A stretch of 64,000 nt of DNA, taken from a virus. The translations under genes and the position numbers were made by a program. The stretch covers positions 55,870-119,869 of IMG/VR virus record IMGVR_UViG_3300027791_000009. One strand, 5' to 3'. Each line of letters begins with the position of its first letter. Positions within the stretch are counted from its first letter, which is position 1. The notes below the pieces were generated by a model. The model ran no database searches. It was given only the letters and a program-made list of their open reading frames with translations, and had not been told where the DNA came from. This document shows positions 1 to 10,635 of the stretch, in pieces.

Positions 1-990
1 CTTACTGGAACAACTTCTGGTAATGTTCAAATTAAAGCTTCAACTCTTGGTTCTTATATCGCACAAGGCGGTAACGCTCTTGCAGGATTTGAAAATGCAA
101 CAACTTACGCTGGTGCATTTGCTGTTGATACATCAACTTACAAATCTTATTATGCAGCTAACGGAGCTTGGAACGAAATATTAGCTTCGACTTCATCTAT
201 AGACACTTTAAGTGATGTTGATACAACTACACAAGCGCCTACGAGTGGACAAGCATTAGTATGGAATGTTGGTGCAAGTGCATTTAGACCTGGTTCAATT
301 ACGACAAGTGTTGTCACAGATACAGCACCAAGTCTTGGCGGAAACCTAGATACTTCAGGATTCACAATTCAAGGAACTGGTAAATTAAGTTTAAGTGGTT
401 CTGGTTCAATTGTAAAGGCAGATTTTACTAACACTGGTGCATTACCAAATGCTTCAAATAGTGCAGGTGCTTTTGCTGTTGCAACAAGTACACTAAAAGC
501 ATACTTTGCTACTGCTTCAGGTTGGATTAACTTATTATCAGAAAATGACTCAATTGATTTACTTTCAGATGTAGACACATCAAGTAGTGCTCCTGCATAT
601 GGACAAGTATTAGTATGGACAAATGTAGGTGGTAGTGGTCAATGGAAACCTAATGATTATACTCCGGCAACTAGAGTATCAGCAAAGTTTCAGGTAACTG
701 CAAGTGGTTCAACTGATTATGTATTTAATGGTGATGGTTTTCCATCAGCACAGAATGACCCAACGCTTTATTTAAAGAAAGCACATACTTATCAATTTGA
801 AGTAAATGCTTCTGGTCACCCATTTGCTATTAGAACTGCGTCAGGTGGTTCTGCATACAGCTTTGGAGTAACCAACAATGAGTCAGCAGTTGCAACAATA
901 ACATTTACGGTGCCAATGAACGCACCTTCTACTTTATATTATCAATGTACTGCACATTCCGGTATGGGTGGAGTAATTAATATAGCATAA
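1..990 (+). CDS. 5'-truncated virion/baseplate wedge protein (gp7-like position) with C-terminal cupredoxin-like motif
   Basis: Frame 1 reads open from base 1 (LTGTTSGNVQIK...) to TAA at 988-990; it is not in the ORF track. It has repeats SIDTLSDVDT..APTSGQALVW / SIDLLSDVDT..APAYGQVLVW and ends GHPFAIR...LYYQCTAHSGMGGVINIA. It lies directly upstream of gp8. Confidence 0.7.
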   Translation, partial: LTGTTSGNVQIKASTLGSYIAQGGNALAGFENATTYAGAFAVDTSTYKSYYAANGAWNEILASTSSIDTLSDVDTTTQAPTSGQALVWNVGASAFRPGSITTSVVTDTAPSLGGNLDTSGFTIQGTGKLSLSGSGSIVKADFTNTGALPNASNSAGAFAVATSTLKAYFATASGWINLLSENDSIDLLSDVDTSSSAPAYGQVLVWTNVGGSGQWKPNDYTPATRVSAKFQVTASGSTDYVFNGDGFPSAQNDPTLYLKKAHTYQFEVNASGHPFAIRTASGGSAYSFGVTNNESAVATITFTVPMNAPSTLYYQCTAHSGMGGVINIA

Positions 991-1000
991 CAAGAAGATG

Positions 1001-1008
1001 TATAAATA
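1001..1008 (+). promoter_or_regulatory. T4-type late promoter (TATAAATA)
   Basis: Exact gp55 consensus in the intergenic gap before gp8. Confidence 0.8.
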
Positions 1009-1033
1009 TATCAAAGAACATAGGAATTAAACA

Positions 1034-2494
1034 ATGCCAGCAATTATAACAAGCAAATTTAGAAGAAATAATGCTCAGCAATTCGAGGAATCGTTTGGTG
1101 AAGCAACTCCTAATATCTATTATCTAGGTATTGGTAAACCTACTGAATATGGTACTAAAACTAGACCAGACGGTAGAACAGAAAACATTGGAACAGATAG
1201 TGCTCCAGTAACCCCAGCAGATTCAGTACAAGACGAATATGATGTATTTGATGATTTACTTGCTGCTAAGAGGGTAACAAGCTCAGATGTGTCTTTTGCG
1301 TGTCCAAGAATTAACTGGACAACAGGTACAACTTACGATATGTACAGACATGACTATGGCAACAGAATTACAGGAACTACTACAGCACAAGCTGCTCATA
1401 GTGGTGCAACAAATTTATATGACGCAAACTTCTATGTTCTTAATTCCAACTTTGAAGTTTACAAATGTTTAGATAACGATAACAATACACCATCAACGAT
1501 AGAACCTACTGGCGCTTCTATTCTTATTTTAGAAACTTCTGATGGTTACAAGTGGAAATATATGTACACTATGTCTGCTGCTCAACAAGCAAACTTTTTA
1601 TCAACAGACTTTATGGGTATCTCAACAAATAGTACAACAACGACTAATGCTAAAGATGGTGCAATAGATATCATTAAAATTAAAACTGCTGGTACAGGTG
1701 GTACAGACGGAACATTTACTAGTATTCCTATAAGAGGAGATGGTGCAAACGGAACTTGTACGGTTACGATTTCAAGTGGTTCGGTTACTGCTGTTCTTCC
1801 AACAGGAACACCGTTAGGATATTCTTTTGCAAATGTAAGAGTATCAGATATTAATGCTACTTCAGGTGGTTCCTTAACTGGTGCTGAACTAGATTGCATT
1901 ATTGGTCCAAAAGGTGGTCACGGATTTGACCCACACGAAGAACTAGGTGGTTTCTTTGTAATTCTTAATACTTCATTTGAAGGTGCTGAAACAGCAAACT
2001 CTGGTGACTTTACAACTGCAAACGATTTTAGAAGAGTTGCATTAATTAGAGACCCAAAATCTGCTGGTGCTGCTGTGAATACAACAACATTAAGAGCAAC
2101 AAAAGCTATCAGATTAGATTCTGGTGCTGGTGTATTTCAATCAGATGAAATAATTACACAAACGAGTACAGGTGCTGTAGGTAAAGTAGTACAATTTGAT
2201 ACTGCAAACAATTTATTGTTCTACACACAAACAAGATATAATAATGAAGGTGTTGACGCAACTGGAAATGGAACTGCATTTAGTGGAATAAATGTGATTA
2301 CAGGTTCGACTTCTAGTAGCACAGGAACACCAACTGGAAATACTGAAACGGTTAACAATGTCTCTCTAGTTTCTGGTTATGCAACTTCTGAACTTGACCA
2401 AGACTCTGGCGATATAATGTACATTGAAAACAGAGCACCGGTTAATAGAAGTGTTGACCAAACGGAGAATGTTAAGTTAATCATAGAATTTTAA
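1034..2494 (+). CDS. gp8: Baseplate wedge subunit gp8
   Basis: MPAIITSKFR, PRINWTTGTTYDMYRHDY, YKCLDN, DGYKWKYMY, IGPKGGHG, SGDIMYIENRAP and KLIIEF match marine T4-like gp8. Confidence 0.9.
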   Translation: MPAIITSKFRRNNAQQFEESFGEATPNIYYLGIGKPTEYGTKTRPDGRTENIGTDSAPVTPADSVQDEYDVFDDLLAAKRVTSSDVSFACPRINWTTGTTYDMYRHDYGNRITGTTTAQAAHSGATNLYDANFYVLNSNFEVYKCLDNDNNTPSTIEPTGASILILETSDGYKWKYMYTMSAAQQANFLSTDFMGISTNSTTTTNAKDGAIDIIKIKTAGTGGTDGTFTSIPIRGDGANGTCTVTISSGSVTAVLPTGTPLGYSFANVRVSDINATSGGSLTGAELDCIIGPKGGHGFDPHEELGGFFVILNTSFEGAETANSGDFTTANDFRRVALIRDPKSAGAAVNTTTLRATKAIRLDSGAGVFQSDEIITQTSTGAVGKVVQFDTANNLLFYTQTRYNNEGVDATGNGTAFSGINVITGSTSSSTGTPTGNTETVNNVSLVSGYATSELDQDSGDIMYIENRAPVNRSVDQTENVKLIIEF

Positions 2495-2506
2495 AGAGGA
2501 AAATAA

Positions 2507-5500
2507 ATGCCAAGTCCAACTGACTTTAACCTCTCGCCGTACTATGACGATTTCTCGGAAGATAAAGCCTTCCATAGAATATTGTTTAGACCAGCATTTG
2601 CTGTACAGGCTAGAGAACTAACACAATCGCAAACGATACTACAGAACCAAATTGAAAAGATGGGTAACCATATCTTTGAGCAAGGTGCTCAAATGATTCC
2701 TGGTGAGATTACTTACGATTTACAATACTATGCGATTAAGTTAACATCATTTACAGGTACAAGTAATCTAACAGACTTTGTTGGAATAGAAGTAACCGGT
2801 CAAACATCTGGTGTTGTTGCGAAAGTAATTAATTCAGATGTCGCAACTTCTACTGACCCTGCAACTCTTTATGTAAAATACACTAAAACAGGAACTGGAA
2901 ATCAAACACCAGACTTTGTTGCTGGCGAAACAATTTTAGGTGTACTTAATGGAAGTACAAATATTAGTGGAGTGGTTACAAGTGCTGAAACCGGTTCTGC
3001 TGCTTCAGTTGCTTCTGGTACTTACTACATTAATGGTTATGCTGTTAATGTTTCAAAACAAACAATTGTATTAGACAAGTATACAAACACACCATCTTAC
3101 AGAGTAGGTCTAACGGTTACTGATAGTATTGTAACCCCTAACTTAGATGTCTCACTTGTAGACAATGCAGCCGGTTCATCAAACGCAAATGCTCCAGGTG
3201 CTCACAGATTTAAAATAGATTTAACTTTATCTAAACTTACAACGACTTCTGTTGAAGATTCAAGCTTCATAGAGTTATTAAGATTAGAAAAAGGTACTCT
3301 CCAGAATAGAGTTAGAACAACTGAATACTCTATTTTGGAAGATACACTAGCAAGAAGAACTAGTGACGAAAGTGGCGATTACACAATCAGACCATTTGAT
3401 TTAGATATTAGAGAACATTTAGATGATACTGCTGGCAATAGAGGTATCTTTACTGCTGCCGCTGGTGGTGACGCTAACAAACTTGCATTAGGTTTATCTC
3501 CTGGTAAAGCATATGTAAAAGGTTATGAAGTTGATAAAATTGGAACAACTTTTGTTCCTGTAGAAAAACCTAGAAGTTTTGGAAATGAAAATGGTTTCAA
3601 TACTATCTTTGATGTTGGTAACTTTCTCAATGTATCAAATGCTTATAACTCTCCGGACATTAACTTTGTAACCGGTAAGACAGAAGCGTTTAAAGGATTA
3701 CAACTAAAACTTGCTAGTGAAGCATATACTGCTGGTAACATACCAACAAATGTTCAAAACAGAGTAAAAGACATCGGTCGTGCTAAATCTAAAGGTTATG
3801 AATTTAACGCAACGACAGGTGCTGGCATTTCAACTGCTTCAAACATATCTCCGTCTTCAAGTAATATATTCAAACATTATCTGTTTGATGTAGAAATGTT
3901 TAGTCATATAAAAATTCCAACAAATGTAGTATTTACAAATGGTGAAACAATCACTGGTACTACTTCAGGTGCTAACGGTATTAAAGAAAGTGTTTCAACA
4001 AATACAACTTCGGCAATCGCTACATCAACAGCTGCAAATCCAGTAGTTATCACAATGTCTGCTGATTTAGAAGTTTCTGATGGTGACGCAATTACGATAG
4101 CAGGTGTCGCAACTCAAACAGAATTAAACGACATTGTTTTCTATGTAAGACAAAAAGTTGGTGGTGTTGCAAAAAGAGAATTTGAATTGTATAACGCTGA
4201 TGATGTTGCCATTGACGGTACAGGACATACAGGTGCTGGTTCCGGTGGTACTATCACAACATCTTGTGTAGTATTATCAAGTGTACAAGGTCAATTTATA
4301 CCAGGTGAAACAATCACTGGTGGTACTTCATCTAATACTGCTGTAGTAAAAGCAAATGTATTTGGCAATCAAGGTTTCACACATTACGGTTCAAGTGATG
4401 TAAAAGAAGTTACCATGGCAGGAAGTCCAGTATATACTGCACAAGCTGATTTATCTGCAACATATGGAGAAAATAAAACACTATCTGGTAATATTTCAAT
4501 TAGTGCTTCAACTTCGGATGTAACCGGTTTCAACACACAATTTTTAACAGAATTAAAAGTAGGAGATAGTGTTCAGTTTGCAACAACGACTGGTACTATT
4601 TTAACTAGAACGGTAATTAACATTGTCAATTCATCTTCAATCAGACTTGATAGTGCAATTTCAACAACTGCCGTTTCAAACTCATTGATTATAAGAAGAA
4701 GAGGAAAATTACAAGACGCAAGTAAAAACATTTCGTTGTTCTCTTTACCTTACACAACAATTAAAACATTAAAAACAGCAAACAACTCTGGTATTTCTGA
4801 TACATCATTTATTGTAAGAAAAACATTTGTAGGTTCTTTATCTTCAACTGGTGATATTACAATTACTGCAAACACAGGCGAAACTTTTGTTGCACAACAA
4901 GAACAAGATTATTCGGTAACTATTATGTCAGCAGGTGGTTCATCTTCTGCTGGTACAGCTGGTGACAAGATATCTACAACAGGTAATAACCATGAAGGTA
5001 ATGCTTGTTTCACATTAGGTGGTTCTCCAGTAGGTCGTTCATTAACTTTAGATTTTGGTGCTAATCACTCTGACCACGAAGTAAAAATTATTGCGACTAT
5101 ATCTAAATCTGCACAAAACGAAAAATCAAAAAATTTAGTATCAAACTCGACAGCAACTATTACAACTTCAGCAGCTGCAACTGCAAATCATATTTCATTA
5201 GGTGTTGCTGACGGATATCAATTAGTATCTGTTAAAATGGCGGCTGACTTTAGTACAACACCAACTGCAAGTGATACAGACATCACAACAAGATTTACAC
5301 TTGATAGTGGACAAAGAGATAACTTCTATGATATTGCTAGACTAGTAAGAAAAGAAGGTAGCTTGGCACCAAGTGGACAATTATTAATTACATTTAATTA
5401 TTTCACACACGGTTCTGGTGACTTCTTTAGTGTAGATAGTTATTCTGGTATTATTGATTACACAGCAATACCTAGTTATACTTCTGATACTTCAGGAGAA

Positions 5501-8500
5501 ACTTATCAATTAAGAGACACATTAGACTTTAGACCTAGAGTAGATGACGCAAGTACAATTAACTCTGGTACACAAGATAGAACTTATCCTGCAACAGCTT
5601 CAATTGAAGTTGTTAAGTTTAAAACAAATGTGACCACAGACCACGAATTTTACAAAGGAAGAGTTGATAAACTATTCTTAAATAAAGAAGGTGCCTTTGA
5701 AGTACTTAAAGGTGCTGAAGCAAATGTACCACAAGAGCCAGGTTCTATTGATAACGCAATGCACCTATACACTCTTTCTTTACCACCGTACACATTGTCA
5801 CCAGATGATGTATCATACGAGACGGTAGAAAATAGAAGATATACAATGAGAGATATTGGTGCTATTGATAAGAAGATTGATAGAATTGAATATTACACTC
5901 AATTGTCTCTATTAGAAACTGCGGCTCAATCTTTACAGATACAAGACGCTGATGGTTTCGATAGATTTAAAAATGGATTTGTTGTAGACAACTTTAACGG
6001 TCACGGTATCGGTGAAGTAACCAACGGTTCATACAGATGTTCGATTGATTATGCAAAAGGCGAATTAAGACCTTTGTTTAACCAAGACGCTGTAAAACTA
6101 GAAGAGATTGACGAAGACGGTACAACATTAGTTGCTACTGACAGAGCGGCTGCAAACTATCAAAAGTCTGGTGATGTACTAACATTACCATTTACAGAAA
6201 TAGATTTAATAAATCAACCTTTTGCTTCTAAAGCAATTAATGTTAACCCATTTGCAATTTTCAGTTGGATGGGAACAATAGATTTAACACCATCAAGTGA
6301 TGAATGGAGAGAAACACAAAGAACTCCTGATTTAGTAGTTAACTCAACTACAGGTGCGTGGGACCAATTACAAAGACAAAGTGGTATTACAGACCAAGAT
6401 GAAATCTCACTTGGAACGGTATGGAATGAATGGCAAACTAACTGGACTGGAAGAGCATTAACATCTTCAACTACAGCTTCAGGTGGAAGATTTATGCGTG
6501 GTCGTGCTATTGTACAAAGAACAGAAACTACTTCTATCAACCAAGTTAACCAAAGTAGGTCAGGTATTACAACAACTGCCGTACCTCAAACGATAAGAAC
6601 ATCTATGGGAGATAGAGTTGTTAGTGTTGCATTTGTACCATTTATCAGAAGCCGTGATGTTGCATTTAAAGCTACAAGATTAAAACCAAATACAAGAGTA
6701 TTTCCATTCTTTGATAATGTAAATATTGCTACTTATTGTACACCAGACGGTGGTTCAGTTGGTGGTAACTTAATTACTGACGGTGCTGGTGCTGTTGAAG
6801 GAGTATTCACAATACCGGATCCTAAAGTAAATACAAATCCTAGATGGAGAACTGGAGAAAGAACATTTAGATTAACTTCTTCTTCTACTAACTCGCAAGA
6901 CGCAGCTGCTGTTGCTACTGCGGCTAATGCTGAATATATTGCAAGAGGATTATTAAATACCGTTAGAGACACAATTGTTTCTACAAGAGAATTTAGAGGT
7001 GTACAACAAACGGTTACAGATTCACAAACCATTTTACAAACATCTACAAGAGCAGGTACGCAAATTGTTGGTTGGGTTGATCCATTATCTCAAACATTTA
7101 TGACAGATGAACCTGGTGGAGTATTCATATCTTCTGTTGATTTATTCTTTTCAACAAAAGACGCAAACATTCCTGTAACCGTTCAAATTAGAAATACGGT
7201 TAATGGTTATCCTGGAAGTAAATTATTACCATTTGGTGAAGTTTCATTAAATCCAACTGCTGTAAATACAAGTACAGACGGTTCAGTTAAAACAACATTT
7301 ACATTCCCTGCACCAATATACATACAAGATAAAGTTGAATATGCAATGACGGTATTGTCTAACTCAAATGATTACAATATGTATGTGGGTAGATTAGGAG
7401 AAACAAATATTGGTTCTAATAGAACAATATCTAAACAACCATATGCTGGTGTTATGTTCAAATCTCAAAACGGTTCAACTTGGACTGCTGAACAAAACGA
7501 AGATATGAAATTCACAATGAAAAGATGTGAGTTTAGTAATGTCGTAGGTACGGTTCACTTAGGAAGTAAAGAACTACCGGCACAAAATATTAAACAAAAC
7601 GGATTAAGAACTACAAACGGTTCAGGTGTAATTAGAGTTTTCTATTCAAATCACAATATGCACGATACTAATTCTGTGGTTACTATATCTGGTGTTCCTT
7701 CAGGAACTCTTAACGGTATTGCTTCGACAGATATAAACGGAACATATACTTCTATTTCTAATATTACATTAGATAGTTTTGATATTACAACATCAGGAAC
7801 TGCAAATACTGATGGTGATATCGGAGGCACAACAATACTTGTTACCGGTAATAAACAATTTGATGTATTAAATCTAGGTGGTCTACAAACTATGACCGTT
7901 CCTGGTACAAACATTGAACCGTTTATTAGAACAACATCTAGTAAGTCACTTCACGGTGCTCAAACACCATATTCATTAGTTTCTGAAAGTAATAGACAAT
8001 CGGTTACATTAGTAGACGATATTTACTTTACTGCGCCACAGGCTGTTATGTCTGGACCAAATGAAACAACTAGAATGGCAGGACAAAAATCTTTCTATAC
8101 TATTATGAAATTATCAACGACAAATAATAAGTTGTCTCCAGTAATTGATTTAGATAGAAGTAGTGCTTTCTGTGTTGCAAATAGATTAAATAATCCAACT
8201 AGTGGTAATACACCTAACTATGTTCCTGAAACTACTGCAAAAGGTTCATCAACTGCGTCTCAATATATTACGAAACCGGTTACACTTATTAATAACTCAA
8301 CTGCATTAGATATTAGATTAACACAAGTTATTAGAGATACTTCTAAAGTTGAAGTTTACTTTAGAACAACAAGTGCTGATGAAGTTAGAACTATCGGAGA
8401 CATTGACTGGACACCTTTCAATGCTGGTGGTGTTGAAGATAATTCAGTTTCAAAATCTAAAGATGATTTTGATTTTAAAGAATATCAATATTCACAAGAA

Positions 8501-8608
8501 CAATTGAACGCCTTTACTGCGTTTCAGATTAAGATTGTACTAAAAGGAACTAATACTAGTTACCCACCAATCTTACGAGACATGAGAGGTATCGCATTAG
8601 CGATTTAA
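2507..8608 (+). CDS. Large virion structural protein (VrlC/DUF4815-like)
   Basis: PYYDDF..K.FHRILFRP..AVQARELTQSQTILQNQ, APGAHR, GKAYVKGYE and RFKNGFVVDNF motifs; 2033 aa following gp8. Confidence 0.8.
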   Translation: MPSPTDFNLSPYYDDFSEDKAFHRILFRPAFAVQARELTQSQTILQNQIEKMGNHIFEQGAQMIPGEITYDLQYYAIKLTSFTGTSNLTDFVGIEVTGQTSGVVAKVINSDVATSTDPATLYVKYTKTGTGNQTPDFVAGETILGVLNGSTNISGVVTSAETGSAASVASGTYYINGYAVNVSKQTIVLDKYTNTPSYRVGLTVTDSIVTPNLDVSLVDNAAGSSNANAPGAHRFKIDLTLSKLTTTSVEDSSFIELLRLEKGTLQNRVRTTEYSILEDTLARRTSDESGDYTIRPFDLDIREHLDDTAGNRGIFTAAAGGDANKLALGLSPGKAYVKGYEVDKIGTTFVPVEKPRSFGNENGFNTIFDVGNFLNVSNAYNSPDINFVTGKTEAFKGLQLKLASEAYTAGNIPTNVQNRVKDIGRAKSKGYEFNATTGAGISTASNISPSSSNIFKHYLFDVEMFSHIKIPTNVVFTNGETITGTTSGANGIKESVSTNTTSAIATSTAANPVVITMSADLEVSDGDAITIAGVATQTELNDIVFYVRQKVGGVAKREFELYNADDVAIDGTGHTGAGSGGTITTSCVVLSSVQGQFIPGETITGGTSSNTAVVKANVFGNQGFTHYGSSDVKEVTMAGSPVYTAQADLSATYGENKTLSGNISISASTSDVTGFNTQFLTELKVGDSVQFATTTGTILTRTVINIVNSSSIRLDSAISTTAVSNSLIIRRRGKLQDASKNISLFSLPYTTIKTLKTANNSGISDTSFIVRKTFVGSLSSTGDITITANTGETFVAQQEQDYSVTIMSAGGSSSAGTAGDKISTTGNNHEGNACFTLGGSPVGRSLTLDFGANHSDHEVKIIATISKSAQNEKSKNLVSNSTATITTSAAATANHISLGVADGYQLVSVKMAADFSTTPTASDTDITTRFTLDSGQRDNFYDIARLVRKEGSLAPSGQLLITFNYFTHGSGDFFSVDSYSGIIDYTAIPSYTSDTSGETYQLRDTLDFRPRVDDASTINSGTQDRTYPATASIEVVKFKTNVTTDHEFYKGRVDKLFLNKEGAFEVLKGAEANVPQEPGSIDNAMHLYTLSLPPYTLSPDDVSYETVENRRYTMRDIGAIDKKIDRIEYYTQLSLLETAAQSLQIQDADGFDRFKNGFVVDNFNGHGIGEVTNGSYRCSIDYAKGELRPLFNQDAVKLEEIDEDGTTLVATDRAAANYQKSGDVLTLPFTEIDLINQPFASKAINVNPFAIFSWMGTIDLTPSSDEWRETQRTPDLVVNSTTGAWDQLQRQSGITDQDEISLGTVWNEWQTNWTGRALTSSTTASGGRFMRGRAIVQRTETTSINQVNQSRSGITTTAVPQTIRTSMGDRVVSVAFVPFIRSRDVAFKATRLKPNTRVFPFFDNVNIATYCTPDGGSVGGNLITDGAGAVEGVFTIPDPKVNTNPRWRTGERTFRLTSSSTNSQDAAAVATAANAEYIARGLLNTVRDTIVSTREFRGVQQTVTDSQTILQTSTRAGTQIVGWVDPLSQTFMTDEPGGVFISSVDLFFSTKDANIPVTVQIRNTVNGYPGSKLLPFGEVSLNPTAVNTSTDGSVKTTFTFPAPIYIQDKVEYAMTVLSNSNDYNMYVGRLGETNIGSNRTISKQPYAGVMFKSQNGSTWTAEQNEDMKFTMKRCEFSNVVGTVHLGSKELPAQNIKQNGLRTTNGSGVIRVFYSNHNMHDTNSVVTISGVPSGTLNGIASTDINGTYTSISNITLDSFDITTSGTANTDGDIGGTTILVTGNKQFDVLNLGGLQTMTVPGTNIEPFIRTTSSKSLHGAQTPYSLVSESNRQSVTLVDDIYFTAPQAVMSGPNETTRMAGQKSFYTIMKLSTTNNKLSPVIDLDRSSAFCVANRLNNPTSGNTPNYVPETTAKGSSTASQYITKPVTLINNSTALDIRLTQVIRDTSKVEVYFRTTSADEVRTIGDIDWTPFNAGGVEDNSVSKSKDDFDFKEYQYSQEQLNAFTAFQIKIVLKGTNTSYPPILRDMRGIALAI

Positions 8609-8612
8609 AATT

Positions 8613-8840
8613 ATGACAAGATTTCTGAAAGTTGAACAACAAGAATTTTTAATAAGAGATACGGAATCAGGTGGTATCATTAATACAAACTCAAGCGAAT
8701 ATGAGTTGTATATGAAAAGAATACAAATGCGAAAAGGTAATCTTAACCAAATGAAGTCAATGTGTAGAGAGATAAATAGTTTAAAGCAAGAGTTGTTTGA
8801 AATAAAAGATTTAATAAAAAATATGTGTAAGGATAAATAA
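8613..8840 (+). CDS. Small coiled-coil hypothetical protein
   Basis: LIRDTESGGIIN...EINSLKQELFEIKDL; tightly packed between structural genes. Confidence 0.65.
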   Translation: MTRFLKVEQQEFLIRDTESGGIINTNSSEYELYMKRIQMRKGNLNQMKSMCREINSLKQELFEIKDLIKNMCKDK

Positions 8841-8842
8841 AA

Positions 8843-10144
8843 ATGGCTGTAAGACAGGTAACAGAAACAGATAGTTTAGATAAATTACGAATAGAATTTA
8901 ACGCATTAGCGTCCTCAGATTTTGGTGATATTGCCACTCTGGATGCTACTTTATCTGCTACTTCTGTAATTGGTGCTGTTAACGAAATCAATGGTATTGC
9001 AATTGCAGCTGCTGGTTTCACATTAACAGATGGAACGAATGTACAAGGTATTGCCTCTGGTAACACATTAACCGTAGCGAGTGGTACAGGTCTTACTGCA
9101 ACGGTATCAAATCCAGATACATTAACAATCGGATTAAATACAAACTTAACTGGTCTATCAACAATTGATGTTGCAACAACAGCTGAGATTGCGAACATAC
9201 AGATTGGTACTTCTTCAATTACTTCTGCAAGTGGTACAATTGATTTTGGTAACGAACAATTAAATACAACAGGTGGTATATCTGCCGGTGGTACACTTGT
9301 TGGTGCTGGATTAACAATCAATGGTGCTTCAATGCAATTTGAAGGTGCTACTCCTAATAGTTTTGAAACTACATTACGAGTAGACGACCCATCACAAGAT
9401 AATGTAATTACACTACCTGACGCTAGTGGTACTCTTATTACTTCTGGTGATACGAATACGGTTACACAAACTATGATAGCAGATAATGCTGTAAGTACTT
9501 CACAAATTGCTGATAACTCGGTTACGATTGCAAAACTATCAGGATTTAATTCTGCAACATTAACGGTTGACACTTTAGTTGCAAATACTATTACAGGTAC
9601 TGCTTCATTATCAAGTGCTGTAGATTTAACTACTGAAAATACTCAAAACGCAACAAGATATTTAACTTTTGCTGATAGTACTTCAGGTTCAAATGTTCTA
9701 AAAGCAGATTCAGGATTATATTACAATCCATCAACAAATATTTTAACAACAACTGCTACATCAGCAAGATATGCTGACTTGGCAGAAAAGTATAAATCTG
9801 ATAGAGAATATCCAGTAGGTACCGTCTTATGTATAGGTGGCACAGCTGAGGTAACTATATGTACAGAAAATCATTGCACAAAAGTTATTGGTGTTCAATC
9901 AGAAAAACCTGCCTTTATTATGAATGGCAGTTTAGAAGGTGTTACCTCTACGGTAGCAATGACAGGAAGAGTACCAGTAAGAGTATGTGGTCCTGTAAGA
10001 AAAGGCGATATGTTAGTATCTTGTAGTATTGCAGGATGTGCTAGAGCTGAAGCAGAACCAAGAAACGGTGCATTAATTGGAAAAAGTTTAGTCAATGACG
10101 ATTCTAACGAAGAGAGAGTTATAGAAGCTGTTGTTGGTAAATAA
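8843..10144 (+). CDS. Tail fibre/whisker-like protein with C-terminal intramolecular-chaperone-like (peptidase G2-like) domain
   Basis: Thr/Ser/Gly-rich body; C-terminal RYADLAEKY...GRVPVRVCGPVRKGDMLVS. Confidence 0.6.
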   Translation: MAVRQVTETDSLDKLRIEFNALASSDFGDIATLDATLSATSVIGAVNEINGIAIAAAGFTLTDGTNVQGIASGNTLTVASGTGLTATVSNPDTLTIGLNTNLTGLSTIDVATTAEIANIQIGTSSITSASGTIDFGNEQLNTTGGISAGGTLVGAGLTINGASMQFEGATPNSFETTLRVDDPSQDNVITLPDASGTLITSGDTNTVTQTMIADNAVSTSQIADNSVTIAKLSGFNSATLTVDTLVANTITGTASLSSAVDLTTENTQNATRYLTFADSTSGSNVLKADSGLYYNPSTNILTTTATSARYADLAEKYKSDREYPVGTVLCIGGTAEVTICTENHCTKVIGVQSEKPAFIMNGSLEGVTSTVAMTGRVPVRVCGPVRKGDMLVSCSIAGCARAEAEPRNGALIGKSLVNDDSNEERVIEAVVGK

Positions 10145-10155
10145 GGAGATATATT

Positions 10156-10635
10156 ATGGACGAACAAACAATCTTATGGATTTCCAGATTAAAAGAAGAA
10201 ATCCAATCACACACTAGATACGAAGCAAGACAACTATTTTACATAGATGAAGAAGGACTTGACCGTGAGGTTAAAGACCATATGTCTTATGGAGAATGGA
10301 TAAGAGAGTACGATAGATTTAAAACTATTAAGGTGGAAGGCTTAGAAGATGTAGCCTGGTTAAAAGAAGTTTTAGACGAAGTAGTATTGAATATCACAGG
10401 AAAGAAAAGACAAGATATTCATTTATTTGTAAATCAGAAACCAGGTATTAGTTTTAAAGAACATAAAGATGATAAAGATGTTTACTTATATGTTGTCAAA
10501 GGCAAAAAGAAAGTATCTTTAGATGGTGTTATTAAACCAGTATATGATGATGAAGGAATATTCATAGAACAAGGTGTAAAACATTATGTTGAAAACGAAG
10601 CAGATACTTGGGGGTTAAGTATAGGAGTTATATAA
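10156..10635 (+). CDS. Cupin/JmjC-like metal-dependent oxygenase
   Basis: SFKEHKDDKDVYLYVVKGKK...GVKHYV gives an HxD...H facial triad; AGGAG RBS. Confidence 0.6.
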   Translation: MDEQTILWISRLKEEIQSHTRYEARQLFYIDEEGLDREVKDHMSYGEWIREYDRFKTIKVEGLEDVAWLKEVLDEVVLNITGKKRQDIHLFVNQKPGISFKEHKDDKDVYLYVVKGKKKVSLDGVIKPVYDDEGIFIEQGVKHYVENEADTWGLSIGVI

